A program made the translations under genes and the position numbers. From NCBI GenBank assembly GCA_029717555.1, contig JAMDHS010000011.1:248001-312000 (forward strand): 64,000 nt of DNA, written 5' to 3'. Below the pieces are notes generated by a model that worked only from the letters and a program-made list of their open reading frames with translations, was not told the DNA's origin and searched no databases. Positions 37,176-50,809 of this stretch are shown piece after piece; the stretch's first letter is position 1; the number at the start of each line of letters is the position of its first letter. This DNA comes from Peribolospora baueri (lineage: Eukaryota).

Positions 37176-38246
37176 TCTGCGGGGAAGAAGAGGGAGGGGA
37201 AGGAGAGGAAGATACGGGGCAGGGATCATATTTCACCTTTCGTCCTTTTTATTCGCTTTTTATTTCTGTTTCCTCGTCCTTCCTTTTCCTTGCTGTTCCC
37301 TCGTTGCCCTCAGCGACCTACGAGGTCGGCAGGACTGGATTAGGGGCACATTCCTGTTGTTCTCTTTCCCTTCTTTCTTCGTCTCTTTTCTCTCACCGTA
37401 GCAGCTCGACGGCGTCCGGCCTCCTCGTCATCTCCGCCAACCTTTGCTCTGTTCCCTCAGCGTTCCCTCCGACATCTCTCCCCCTGCATCGACCTATTAC
37501 TCGCGGCGCCTCGAGCTCGTGCGGCGTACCCTTGGAGAAGAGGCGGATTCGTTTCTGAATGGACTTGCAGCGGACCGTGCCGAGCGGTTTGACTGGCTGG
37601 TTCGACGAGGGTTGAAACCGATGGCCGCCTCGGCTGGACACCTGGTGGAAGCTCGAAGTCGAGGGGATGGCGTCTGCGCGAAGAATAAGCGCAACGGACG
37701 GGCCTCGCCATGTCTTGTTTCGCTCGCCGTGCTCTGCGTGGGGTCACGCGGACGATCGCGCTGTCGTTTCTTCCTTCAGTCCCGCATGTCCTCGCGCAAC
37801 TGTATGTATATTATGCTGTCATACCACGCCGAGCGGCCGTCTCTCTCTTCCGCATGTCGCCTCGCCCTCGCGGTGGGTTGTCTCGTTGCAATCGTTTTCG
37901 ACCTTCGTTTGTGTCGGGCTACCGGACTGTGTGACGAACGAAGGGTCGACCTTCCTCCAAGCGGTGCTTGCTTGTCCTTGGATGCCGCCATGCCAAGCAT
38001 TCCGGAACAAACACGACCTCCTTTTTGGCCAGTTTAATTAGTCTCCAATGCCCGGCTTGTTGCAAATGGCCGCCGCAGTCGGTCCTTATCCTCCTCGCCC
38101 AGATCTAATCTTTATAAAGTCTGCTTAACCACGACCAGGCGGAACTTCGGGCACACCGATTTATCGGGCCGAGCAATGCCAAACAAAACCGTTTGCCGTC
38201 TGGCTGGCTTCTCTCGACTGTAACAACCACCATCGACGTTGTCACC

Positions 38247-40750
38247 ATGACTTCCCTCACTGCAGCCGCTCTCGCTATCCACGCTCGCTCCGACGGCGAC
38301 GGCGACGGCGCCTCCCAGTCCTCGCCCTCAACCCCCGTCGAAGAGGGAGGCAATGGCTCCGAGCAAGACCTCGAGGTCGCCTCGGACGCCGGCAACGACG
38401 GCAAGAACGCCTCCGCCGCTTCACGGCTTTCTGTATCCAAGGACGGCGCCGTCGTCCAGCATCGTCCCGTCCCCTCGACGAGCGGTTCCGCCGCTCCTCA
38501 CGACGACTCTCACACCTCCACCCTGACGCCCGCCGTCACTGACCCTCTCACACAGCACTGGGCAGAGCGAATGGCGCGCATCAACCACGGCCATGCCTCA
38601 TCTTCTGGCGTCGACGTCGGCGGTACCAGTCACGCCGGCGTACCCCTCACCGGTCCCGGCGGCACCGGCGTCGTCTCCTCCGGCCTACACCCTCGTCTCG
38701 GCTCGTTGACGAACCCGACATACGCTGCGCCTCTCCCTTCTCCTTCGACAGGCGACCGCGACCCTCTCCTTCTACGATCCCGCCTCGTCCCGGAGGAACG
38801 AGTGTCGGAGCTGCGGAGGAGGGGAAGTAGGAGGATGGGCGGGGGAAAGGCGAACCGTCGGTTGCTGGAATTTTATGAAGCCCAGAACGGGCAGATCGAG
38901 CGCCTCCTCAAGCCCATGTACGCGCACATGGACGACGCCAAAGAGGAGGCAGAGAACAAACGGCTGAAGGTCAAGATCGCCGTGTGGGCTTCCATCATCG
39001 CCAACTTTAGCCTCGCCGCTTTGCAACTCTACGCCGCGGTCAGCTCGCTCTCGCTCTCGCTCTTCGCCACCGCAGCCGACTCGTTGTTCGACCCGTTCGC
39101 CAACATCGTGCTCAACTGGCTGCATCGGAAGAGTCAGACGGTGTCGCCGCTCAAGTGGCCCGTAGGAGGCGCGAGGTTTGAGTCGATCGGCAATATCGCC
39201 TACGCATTTTTGTGAGTTTATCTTCGCATCAGCTCGGTGTAGACGAGCAGGATCGGCATCTCGAGCACGACTGACGCTGTGCCGGGCCCGGTACCGTGTT
39301 CTCCGCTCGTCTCTTCCTTCATGTATCCATTTGCGCGTCTTAGGATGGGGAGCGTTAACATGGTCCTAATCGTGAGTCGCTCATCCACTGCCTCGTCAAA
39401 AGCATCACACTGCCTGTCGTATTTCGTAGCTCGTTGCGCTCGTTTCAGTCGTCCTCAAGCGCCTTCGCCCCCACCATCTTCGATCCCCTTTCTCTCCTGT
39501 GCTGCTCTCGCCTTCGCATCTTCTTAGGTCGAGTCTATTCGCGATATTGCCGGGCACAAGCCGGGAGAGACGAACGGGCTTCACATTCCCTCGCTTGCCG
39601 CTGTCGGCGTTGCCTTCAGTGAGTTTGCATCCCTTTTCGCTGATTGCTAGTCTTTCTTCTGTTCTTTCGGTCTGACGCGTCGCTGCCGAACGGTTCCTGA
39701 CCATCACGTTGGACCGCCTTTCTTCGCTTGTTCTCACACCTCTATCCATCCCGTATCGTCATCCGTCTCCATCTCAGTGACAAAATTCCTCCTTTTCCTT
39801 TACTGCTATTCCATCCGCAGTAGCTCGAGCCAAGTGCAAGTGCTTTGGGAGGATCATCGGAACGACTTGTTCATTAATGGGTGAGTATTGCGCCACGCCC
39901 GGCGTCTCCGTCATCGTCAAGTCTCCGCTTCCAGTCACCGCCTGTCCGCTGAAGGGCGATACGTGAGGCGGGCGATCGGTCGATACCTCGACTCAGCTTA
40001 CCTTTTTACCCACCGGTTTGGGCAGATTCGGCATCTTCGCGTCCGCCGCCGGATCGAAGATCGCGTGGTGGCTCGACCCTGCAGGCGCCATGCTGATCGC
40101 CTGTGCAGTCATTATAAGCTGGACGAGGACCTCTTATGGTGCGTCACAGAGAGAGTGGCAGCCTGGGAGCTGATTTAATTCCGGCGCGACGACCGACTTG
40201 GGACAAGGGGGAATCTTCACCGCCTTGCTTAGCTGACCATCGTCATCTCATACCCTGCGCTCCACACTCTCAGGGCAATTCCAGCATCTCGCAGGCATGG
40301 CCGCTCCCAGCGACTTCCTCCAGGTGAGTTAATGTCAGGATGGAGGGGCCAGTGGACGGCGGCTCGTATCTGTCTCACACTCCGGTGTCTGCTTCTTTGC
40401 CCATCTCGTGCAGCTCGTGATTTATAACGCCATGCTACACGATCAAGACATAGAGAAGATTGACTCGTGTCGAGCATATCACTCCGGTCCCGTGAGTTGC
40501 GTCGCATCGCCGTGTGTCGCACGCGCTGCCCCCATTTTGATGTGCTTTTCTTTCCTTCCGCCTCGGCCTCGTTCAGAAATATGTTGTCGAAGTCGACATT
40601 GTCATGCCGTCCACGACGCCTCTCTGGAAGGCCCACGACGTGAGCCAGGATCTGCAGGATAAGCTCGAGGAGCTTCCGCAGGTCGAGCGAGCGTTCGTGC
40701 ACGTCGATCACGAGGTCGAGCATAAGCCTGAGCATCGCAAGTACGAGTGA
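38247..40750 (+). CDS. Cation diffusion facilitator, Mn-CDF (MTP8-like) subgroup; multi-exon with micro-exons
   Basis: FYEAQNGQIERLL, SLSLFATAADSLFDPFAN (DxxxD), LWEDHRNDLFIN, WWLDPAGA, RAYHSGP, AHDVSQDLQDKLEELPQVERAFVHVDHEVEHKPEH. Confidence 0.92.
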
Positions 40751-40876
40751 GGAGAACAAGGATGGCGCGGCGGCATCGAAGGGGAGCGGAATGGAGAGCG
40801 GGCGAAGTGGCACGCAGGCCGGGTCGCTCGTCCAAGTCATGCATGATCGCACGCGATATGGACATAGTAGCACAAT

Positions 40877-40879
<3 letters not shown>

Positions 40880-40926
<47 letters not shown>
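40880..40926 (+). repeat. Poly(T) homopolymer, 47 nt
   Basis: Uninterrupted T run ~130 bp after the CDF stop codon. Confidence 0.95.
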
Positions 40927-43900
40927 CCTTCCCGCCGTACTATCTACACATTAGCTGGCTGCGTACGGCCGGCGTACAGCGTACAGCGTACAGAACGCTT
41001 GTCCTTGATCCTTGATCCTTGATCTGGACTCGAGGATTCGGGCTTCCATGCTAGACAGTGTCAGGGGCCAGATGTCGTTGCTGGGTGCCAGACAAATGCA
41101 CGTCAATGGACGGACGATGGACGGACGGACGGAGAATCTTGCGTGTGTGTGTGTGTGTGTAAATGCACGCACGTAGGTTTTGTGGGCGTCTGATCCGAAA
41201 GGAGCAGGGCGGGTAAAGCGGGGGGAAAAGGAAAAGGGGAAGAACGGTGTCCTCCTTCTTGCGCTTGGCTTGCTCTTGCGCTCTCGCCAAGGCAAGGCAG
41301 TGATCAACCCGCAACGCCGCCGCGCATTCTTTCTTGTCTGTCCGCCTGTCTGCCTCTCGCTCGTATGCTCGTCCGCCGTCCGCCGTCCGCCGTCAGCCCT
41401 CATGCGCTGCACCATGACATGCAGTACCCTAGTTACCGAAACTTGGAGGCAAGCCACGCCATTCGTTGGCATGTGCAGTGGCAGTGGCAGTGCAGTGCCG
41501 CTCCAATCCAATCCAATACCTACACGAACTTGCGCTACTCTACGAACGGAAAACGAAACTAGGTCATTTTGAACAACCCAAGCTTTTCTCTTTCTTCTTT
41601 CTTTTTCGGTTAATTCCCGACCGGGCCTGCCTGCCTTCCTTCTCCCTTGCCAGCCATTTCATCCTTCATCCTTCATCCTTGCCGCTCGCTCGCTCGCTGC
41701 ACTCCTCAACTGAAGACTGACTGGCTGGCCGTTCTCGTCGCCGCCGGCGTCCACGTCGTCCGTCGTCCGCTGCCGGCTGTCCGAAGCAGGGTCGCCCCCC
41801 CCCGCTGCCTCGCCTCGGCCAGCGTGGAACACATCACCGACCCGACTCGAGATGAATGAATGCCCTTGCGCTCCGGAGGACTGGCTGGCTCGCTGGCTCG
41901 CCGGCCGGTGGCGAGGAAGAAGACAGAAAGAAAGAAAAGGAGAAAGAGCGTGTGAGACGACGTACATGCACATACATGTACATGCTGGACCGCCATCTTG
42001 TCTGTCTCTTGGTGACGAAGAGGGCCGGGGAAGACGGTGCGGTGCAGGTGGGGTGGTGCAAGCGAGGCCCGCCCTGCGTCCGGCCGCGCCGTGCCGGTCG
42101 TGGAGGGAGCGTGCGAGCTTGGAACTTGCCTGCCCGCTCCGCTCGCCCGCCTCTAATCCCCGAGTGGTCGACGGCGACGAGCAACGAGCGACGTGCGAGG
42201 AGCGATCATTTTGGCGCGATTGGGATTTTGATAGAAAACCGATTTCTTGCTTGCGCGATCCTTTCCTTCCCCGCCGTCGCCCGCTCGCCCGCTCCCTCTT
42301 CCCTCCGCATCCTCACCATCTATACCCACCCGCCCTGCCGACGTCCCCTCCCCTCCATCGCCTCCTCCCTCCAACCACATCTCCCGAGCGCCAGCAACCC
42401 CCGGCGCCTTCCCCTCCCGTCCTCCCCTCCCTCATATCATCCTCCCCATCCACCGCCCACCTCGCCCAGCCCAGCCACCCACCTTCCCCCCATCCCTCCT
42501 CCCCCGCGCTCGCCCGTCACCGTCGCCGTCATCCTATCTTAACCCGGCCATACGTACGTACGCCATCATCGCCCACCCGTCCCCGCCCGTTCTTCTCGCC
42601 ATCCCTCCTCATCCACCTCGATCACGACCAGCACGACTTTTGCACGCTCGCCCTTTGCCTCTGAACCTCCTCTCCTCTCCTCTCCTCTCCTCGCCAACGC
42701 CATTCCTCTCGTCTTCCTGGCCATCTCGCGTTTCGGCCAGCACACCACACCACGCTCGCACCGGCCCTTTCCTTCGCCTCCAAGCCCAGTCTCGCCAGTC
42801 GGTTGGCGAGTCAGCTAGTCACTCGCTCAGTCGGACGTCGACGGTGAGCGTCGTCGTCGTCGTCGTCGTCACCCTCTGCGCCGCTCACCACGAGCATTCC
42901 CCCTCGTCGCCCCACCCTCATCGTTGTCCGCGTTGAGGCACTCCTGACCAGTCTCCATCTCGCCCTTTTTTTCTTCTTCCTCCTTCCCTCTCTTCTTCTG
43001 GCCTCTTTCGCTCGCCCCTCCCTTCTTCCTCACTTAGGCTGGACGTCGTCTGAGCGGCGGGGCAAAGGTAAAATAAAATAAAAAAGAGGACGACGCAAGG
43101 TCGTCGTCGTCGTCGCTCGCTGGCACCGACCGACCGACGTCAACGGCACACGGCCCTCGTACTTGCGTCGTCGTCGCCCTCCTCCTCCTTCTCATCCCCG
43201 TCACCCTCCTCGTCACCCTCCAGTCCGACTTTGGCGGACAGTTGCCGAGCGCAGGGCCGTGCCGTGCGGTGCCCCTCCACAACACCTGATCGGGACGTTG
43301 TCCACGTCTAGCTCGGCGCGGGCCACGCAGGGGAAGTTCAGGTCAGGTCAAGTCAGATCGGGTCAGTACAGGTCAGATCAGGCGCTCATCGTCACCGACG
43401 ATAAATTAAACAAGCGGGGTGAGTCTTCTCTCCCTCGTTGCCGCCGTTCCTCGACGCACCCACCCGCGTCTGCCCACGTCATGTCCGCCCGCCTCCATCT
43501 CCATCTCCACACTCTCGGACGCATCGCGTCGGGCACGGAGCGATTTGAGCTCTTAATGCGGAAAAAATCACCGCAGACAGCTCGCGTTGACCACGACCCC
43601 GCTCTCGGCGTCCCCTTTGCTCCCCTTCTTTCCTTCTTATTCGCCTTTTCGTCTTTTCCTCCCTCTCTTCTTGACATGTCCATCCACGCCGCCCCTCTTC
43701 GTCTCGTCGCGTCTAGCATCGCACCGGCATCGCATCGTATCGCATCGCATCGCATCGCATCACCCTCCCTCGGATCGGATATCTCTCCTTACCTGACGCC
43801 CTCGGATCGACGTCTCGCTTCGGCCCTCGTCTCGTCTCGTCTCGTCTCGTCTTCCGCAAGTCGTCAGCCGACGGGCACGCCTCGAGGAGCGTTTATTGCC

Positions 43901-44511
43901 CCGTCCTCACTCGGCTCTCACGCGTCGGGCATCAGGTGAGCCGCCCTTCCCACGCTCCCGCTTTTTCTTTCCCTCGTCTGCTGTTGTCCTGGTGGTCGTC
44001 GAAGCGGGCCCTTGGAAAGGCGAGAGATTAGATGGATGGACGCCATGAGATTACGAGCCGTGCGGGTGCGAGCGCGAGCGCGGGTGCAAGTGCCACCTGT
44101 CCCCTCCTCGCTCGACCGACCGGACCATTTCCATGATCGATCGCCCTTTCCTCTGCCCAGTCAAAGTCGACCTTGAAATTTTTTAGTGTTGACCGGCTCC
44201 CCTTTCCTCCGTACGTCAGATGCTCACCTCTCACTCCCTTCTTCTTCTTCTTCTTCTTCGCCTCCGTCCCCAGCTCGCCGCCGTCCTTCGCTCGTCCAGC
44301 CGCTGTTCGCTGCTAATATCGCTTTCGGCTCTTTGCCGACACTGAGCTCTCGGCGCTTTCGTCCTTCGCTCCTCCGGCTCGCATCAACCAAGTCGACCAA
44401 GTCGAGGCGGACCGTCCGGTCCGCCTTTCTTCCCAATCTGTCCTGTTCTTCCCTTCCCTTCTCCTCGACCTCGCTCGACCCACGTGCCGTGCCGTGCCTC
44501 GCCTCGTACGA

Positions 44512-47500
44512 ATGCCGCCACAGCGCGATCGACCCGGCGCTGTTCGAGCGACCAAAGCCGGCTCACCACCTTTCCAATCCACTTGGGCCGGCGGTCCCCG
44601 GTACAGACCGTGGTCCGGTCCGTCGACGGCCAAGCTCGGAGACGTGGTGGATGAAGACGCTGAGACGGGGGGCATTCACGGGCCCTCCGTCGCTGGTATG
44701 GCACCGCCGAGCGCAGCTCGAGGGATCCCCGGCGGTCACCCTTATTCTGGCTCGTCCTCGACGGCGGGCCGGGGCGTCGACTACCTGCCCGTCGGATCAG
44801 AGTCCTTGGATTCCGCCAGGCCACGTGCGTCGACGCTCGACAGCATCTCCGAGCTTGGCGTCACCGGCCTCGGCGCCGATTCACCCCCGCCCACCGCATC
44901 GGCCTCTGGAGCCGTGGCAGGCGCCCCACCGTCGTCGATACCGGCCCGTCGCAGGTCGGGCAGCGCAAGTCGAGGCGGTGCCGCGGGAGGTAGGGGAACG
45001 AGGAGGACGAGTCAACCCTTGGTGGCCAGCGGCGTTGTCGTCGCCGCCGCAGACGGTGAGCCGACGGTTCCACTCGCCCTCCCTTCTCTCTTTTTATGCG
45101 CTCAACCTTCTCTAACTAACCCTCGCTCCATCTCGCCCGCTTTTCGCTTCCACCTTTCCTTTCAGACGACGCCTCGGCCATGCCACCACCACCGAGGCGG
45201 AGGTCGTCAGCGTCATCGATGAATTCGACGTTGGCCCAGACGTCTCCTCCGAACAACCTTCCTTCGACGCCCTTGGATATGAACGTTTCGTCCAAGATTA
45301 AACATACTAGGAGTCGCGGCGGATGCGTGACTTGCAGTGAGTGTAGTGGTTCTATCTTCACGTCCGCTCCAAGGAGCCGGCCCAGCGCCTTTGGTGCTCA
45401 TGTCCGTTTTCTCTCTCTCTCTCGCTTTCTCTTCACGGCAGAGGCGATGAAGATTCGTTGCGACGAATCCAATCGGCCGGGCACCCTCGAGGGCGGCCCC
45501 TTCGGAGGCTCGTGCCAGAACTGCATTGACAAGGGGCGCAAGTGCGGAGGCTACGTTCGCACCATCCTCTTCGATAAGACCCGGGACAAGACGTGCACCA
45601 CTGGCCTCGCCGGCGGAGTGCCGAACATGAGCCCGGAGATCGAAGGTGATCTCAAGGTCGTCCTCTGGGAGCCGGGCGACGAAGACGACGAGGAGGGCGT
45701 CGAGACTTTGCTCGGACCCGACGGCGAACCCGTGTACGGCGAGAAGGCCGACCTCGTCCTTCTCAACCAAGGTCAGATCGAGATCGACCGCGACCGCGAC
45801 GACCGGCCGGATTCGCACACCCCGATTCCGATCCCAGGCGGCTACGAGGGCGATGGCGATTCGTCCGGTGCTAGCTCGCCGGACGCCCCTTATCGCACCC
45901 ACCAACCCCGCCCGCCGCTCGTGTCGGTGGGCTCCCTTCTCGACAAAGGCGCCGGCGTGCTCATGAACGGTTACGGTCAAGACGGAGCCAACGGGGCGAC
46001 CTACGCTGGCGACGCGCATGCCATCCACCCTCACTACGCCTTCTCCAACGGTCAGGCCACGCAGCAGCAGCAGCCGCCTCGGACGGACTACGCCTACTAC
46101 CCCGGCCAGCCGGCGTACATGAGCCAAGTCGCTTACGCCGATTCTGTACCCCATGACGGCGCCATTCGCCAGCCTCCGTTCGGATACACGCATGCGGGTC
46201 TCCAAACCGCCGCGTGGGGTTCCAATCCGTTCGGCGCGCCGTCGACCGGCTTCTCTGGCAGGTCGGGCGAGCATGCCCCCTCGCCCAACAATCTCCGAGG
46301 CTGGTGGGCAGGTGGCGGTGGTGGCGGCGGCGGGGCGGGCGCCGGGCCCGAGTCTCCGTACTCTCAACCACCTCCGCCTCAGCCTGCTTTCTTTGGCACG
46401 TCCAACCCGGCGGGATTTCCACCACCTCAGCAACCGTCCGACAGCCCATCTCGACCGAGGCCCGGAACTTACCAAACGCCATCAACCGGCTTCTGGTTCG
46501 GCGCGTACGACAGCCGTGCCTTCAGCTTCTCCGGTCCTTCCCCTTATCCTGGTTACGCCCCGCAGGCGCCTGCGCCGTCCACGTCGACTTCCGACGCGCC
46601 TGCCGACGCGCCCCTGCTCCAGAGGATCTACAGCGACGGCAGCGGCGTCAGCGACGGAACGTCCCCCGGCGTCGGCGATGGCGTCGGGGTCAAGTATGAG
46701 CCCGGTTTCTTCGTTCGACAGCCGATGTCGCCCGACGATCAGGTGCGACTTCGCGACGTGAACGACGTGCACAGCCCTTCCTCGCCTTCGGTCGTGCCCT
46801 TGGCCGCTCCCGGCATGTTCAGAGAGCCGGACGTCGAGTCGCACGTTCATCGCACCAGCGTCAGCTCGACGAATCACAGCTCGGTCAGCTCGAGCAAGTC
46901 AGGCTCCCCGTCGGCTCTCCAGAACCAGCACCAGACGGGAACGCTCAGCGAGAGCGAGAGCGATGCGGAAGGAGACGCGCCGATGGCCACCTTCCCGCTG
47001 GGTGGCGCTTGGCAACCCGACCCGTACCCGTCGAGTGGCAGCACGCAAGACGTGCGCATGGGCATCGGCGAGCTGGATATCGACGACAATTCTCGCTTCA
47101 CCGAGCTCGGAGATGTGCCGCTCGAGTCGACGACGACGGCGGGGGCGGCATCGCAATACCCGCTCAGCTCGACCGACTTGTCTATACCGCCCGTCGTGAC
47201 CATCGGTTCCGATCCCTCCTCGGCTGTCGATCCCTCGGGTTGTTATCCCGTCGACGGGGACTATTTCCACGACGACACGTCGAGGACGGTGTCGTCGGTC
47301 GACCTTTTCGCCGCCTTCGATCCCAGCTTGCAGTTCATGCGCACAGGCAGGAACAAGGCCTTACAAGAGGTGTTCGAGCTCGCCAAAGACCCGGTCGCGT
47401 TGCGCAAGAAGCTCAAGGAGATTGCCAAAAAGCATCTCTACCCGAATGGCCGTTACCCTCCGCTTGCGCTCGTCAAGGAGCCGATGAAACCGCCAGCGAC

Positions 47501-49601
47501 GCCATGGACAGTGTCCGTCATGGAGGACATGTTGCTCGACCGATGTGAGCGGACCCGCTTTTCGAAAGCTGCCACCCCTCCCCCTTGCTCCTTCTCTGAC
47601 TTCCCCATTCGTCTGTCTTGGTTCCGCCGCGCAGTCTTCCAAGATACGGCTCGCATGTTGGTCGGCGGTCTCGACGAGTCGAAGAACCCGTTCCGCCTGA
47701 CCATCTTCCCCGTCGCCGGCAAACACCGGTCCATCTTCCACTTCGTCATCGCGTGAGCCTCCTCCGTCCCTCGTTCATCGCGGCGGGCCGCTCGCTAAGG
47801 GGTAAACCGACTTTTCTCCCGGCCTGGCCTTGATCCGTTTTCCTTTTTTTTTTTTTCACTCCTCGTCTCTCCATAGCGTCTCTGCCGCGCATTACGCCAC
47901 CCGCCTGGCCCACATGGAAGGCGAAGCTTGCGTTCCGCTGGACATCAACCAGTGCGGTCAACTCATGACCATTCACGGTGATGCCAGCGACAACACGGCC
48001 AGCAAGGACGATTGGAGGAAGCTCACTCCCAGCCTCCGATCTCGAGAGATGGGAGCCTACGCGGTGAGTGGAGCTTCCGAGTTTGCTCAGACTTTCACAT
48101 CGTTTCACCAAGCTCACCCCACCCACCCTTCCATCTTTCTTGTCGTGCTTTATGTCTTTAGGGGCGTCATCTGCTCCTTGCCAGCCGACTCCTGCGAGAG
48201 GACCTGCCCAAGCAGGCCCCGTCCGAAGAGGCGATTCTGGACGCGTGCGCCACCCGATTCGCGCACATGTTCGAGGTAAGTCTCATCGGCGGACTGGACG
48301 GACGGTCTTGGCGCCGACGTCGCTCAGCGACGGCCCCCACGCTAATGTGCACACACACGCGTCTCTTCCCAGACCTTTTCTCACGGTCGAGCCACGGTAG
48401 AGGACATCTCGGCTATCGAGCGCGCGTCGACCTGGACGGAACAGACACACCCAACCTTTGCTTCCGTCGAGGGCCTTCTTGCGCGCTGGTCGTTCTGGAT
48501 CGACGTCTTCAACGCCACGTCTCAGGGCCGCGAGTGTCGTGCGGTCACTTTCACCAAGAGCGGCGTCCTGAACGGCGTGGACCCTTCGTCGACGCAGAAG
48601 CTTGACGCTGGCGAATTGTGGGGCATGCAAGACCTCATGGGCTGTCCGTCTAGCCTCGTTCTTTTGATCGGCGCCGTCGCCAACTTGGCTGCCAAAGCCG
48701 CTGCGTGGAACTTGACGGCCAACTGGCAGGTCCATTCGCCCGCTTACGGCCGTCGCACCGCCCGGCCTGCCATGCACCTCGACCTGGCCAAGCAATTCCT
48801 GGAAAAGTACACAGCGGAGGACGAAGAAGAAGAAGAGATCGCTCCGGTTTTGCGTCATTCCACCCTCAGTGGCGCTATGCCCGGCACGGCTGTGCCTGCC
48901 GTGCAGGGGCCGTCCCGCCAGGGTTCGCTCGATCATCTGGCCTCGCTCGTCTACGCTGACCTGCTCAACTGGGACTACTCCGGCCCGGGCGTCCAGGAGG
49001 TCACGGGCGGCGCCGCCGTAGAGGCCCGTCTCTCCGCCGAGTGCTTCCAGTACGCCGCTCTCGTCCACCTCGTCCGCACGGTGTTCAAGTTGCCGCCCCA
49101 CCATAAGAAAGTGCAAGAGCTTATCCGCGAGGTTATGGACCGCATCCTTCAGCTTCCCAAAAACTGCTTGGAGACTTGGGTGAGTCCTCCTCCTCCTCCC
49201 CGATCAATCGCCTCGATCTAGCGCGCCCACTGGCCGACTTTATTTTGACATATTGGATCCACCATACCGGACGGCAGGCGACATTCCCTTACTTTGTCAC
49301 CGGCTGCGAAGCGATCGACGAGGAAACGCAGACCTTTTTCAAGATCCGCTTCATGCAGATGGAACGCAAGATGGGCATCGTCAATCTACTGGTTGCGCGA
49401 CAGGTGAGTGCCGCAGTGGCCTTTTTTCATATCGGGTCGTTTTGGCGCAATGGATCCATTGACTCCCTCTACGCGTCCTTGTCGCGTCCTTGCTTGCAGG
49501 TCATGGAGCAGGTCTGGGAAGCTCGCCGTCGGGATCCTCGGCACGACGTCCATTGGAGCCAGTTCAGTCGCACTCCGCACGGAACGCTCATCGTGACGTG
49601 A
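44512..49601 (+). CDS. Zn(II)2Cys6 transcription factor with C-terminal fungal-specific TF domain (Fungal_trans_2-like)
   Basis: RSRGGCVTC|KAMKIRCDE...CQNCIDKGRKCGGY. C-terminal NPFRLTIFP, WIDVFNATS, DLMGCPSSLVLLIG, FQYAALVHL, FPYFVTGCEA, VMEQVWEARR. Start inferred from an in-frame upstream exon. Confidence 0.85.
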
Positions 49602-50809
49602 TGTCTCGCGTCCGCCCCCCGTCGGCTTCTGCTGTGCGCCCTCCCTCACCCTCGGTCCGGTCTCGCTCTTCGTTCGACCGCTTGGCTCGAGCTACGGACG
49701 CGCCGGGCGGCCCAGACGTTCACTATGACTCTCGCGTCTCGCGTCGCTACCGGTCCTCGCATTCACCGCCATCCTCGTTTCTCTTTCCTGGTCTCCACCT
49801 CACCGCATTTCTTCTTCACGATGCCTTTTTGTTTCTTGGCGGGCTTTTCCCCTCGCTTCCCTTTCGGCTTCTTTCTGGCCCTTGGGAGGATTCCTCGTAT
49901 TCTGCTATACCAACACTGCTGCTTTGTCTTTGACGCCAATTCCCATCACTTGCTTTTTTTCCTTCTTGTTCGTTCAATCTGGCCCTTCCGTCTTGATTTC
50001 TCTTTGCCCCAGCGTCTCGCTCGCTCCCTTGATGTCCCATCATGCGATACCCGCAGATGCCCCCGCCCCACTTTTATGTCCTTCATAGGTTCTCCCCGCG
50101 TTCCGTTCGTTGTCTTTATCGTCCTCGTTCTCTCCACTGTCTCATCACGCCTCACGCCTATGCATGTTCGGATCGTCTCCTATCGCTCGCTCGGTCTCCT
50201 TCATTCTCCTCTCTCTGACTTGTCCTCCCCCCCCCCCTCCATTCGTTTATCGATCCATGTCTGCTTGTTTTTACCCTGTGTGTCACCCCTGGGCCTCCAA
50301 CATCGTCTCGTCTCGTCTCGCCTTGCCTCGCCTCGTCTCGTGTCGTCCGGTCTGGTCATCGTCATTTGTTCGCTTGCAATTTCATCGTTCTTGCCTTGAC
50401 CGCTTTCGGTCCGCTCGCTCCGCGCGTTCATGGAGTCGGGACAGCCTACATTATAATAAAGGCATCGTGGCCCGGCTCGCTCGTCTCTCCCGCCGACGAA
50501 CGTACAAGTAGTACAAGAGCACACGGCGAAGCTCCGCGTCGAGGAAGAAAGAAAGAAAGAAAGAAAGGGAGGAGCAGAGGCGGCCAGTATCGATACGCCT
50601 TGCTTTTGGCCTGTGCACTCCCTGGTCGTCATTATGATCCGGTATGTGCTCTCGTCTTCGTCTTCGCCTTCGCGCTTTCCCTTCTCATACCGCCTCTATT
50701 CAGAGTGATCCGATCCGATCGTTTCTGATGAAGCGAGACCGGAACTGAAGGAAGGAAGGAAGGAAAACGGCCTGAAGTGAAAATGGAGATTACATCGAGC
50801 GAAACCGCA

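Noticed and set aside
41852..43939. 200-270 aa ORFs upstream of the first Zn2Cys6 gene
   Set aside because: Pyrimidine-tract and microsatellite-derived Pro/Ser/Leu sequence without coding bias.
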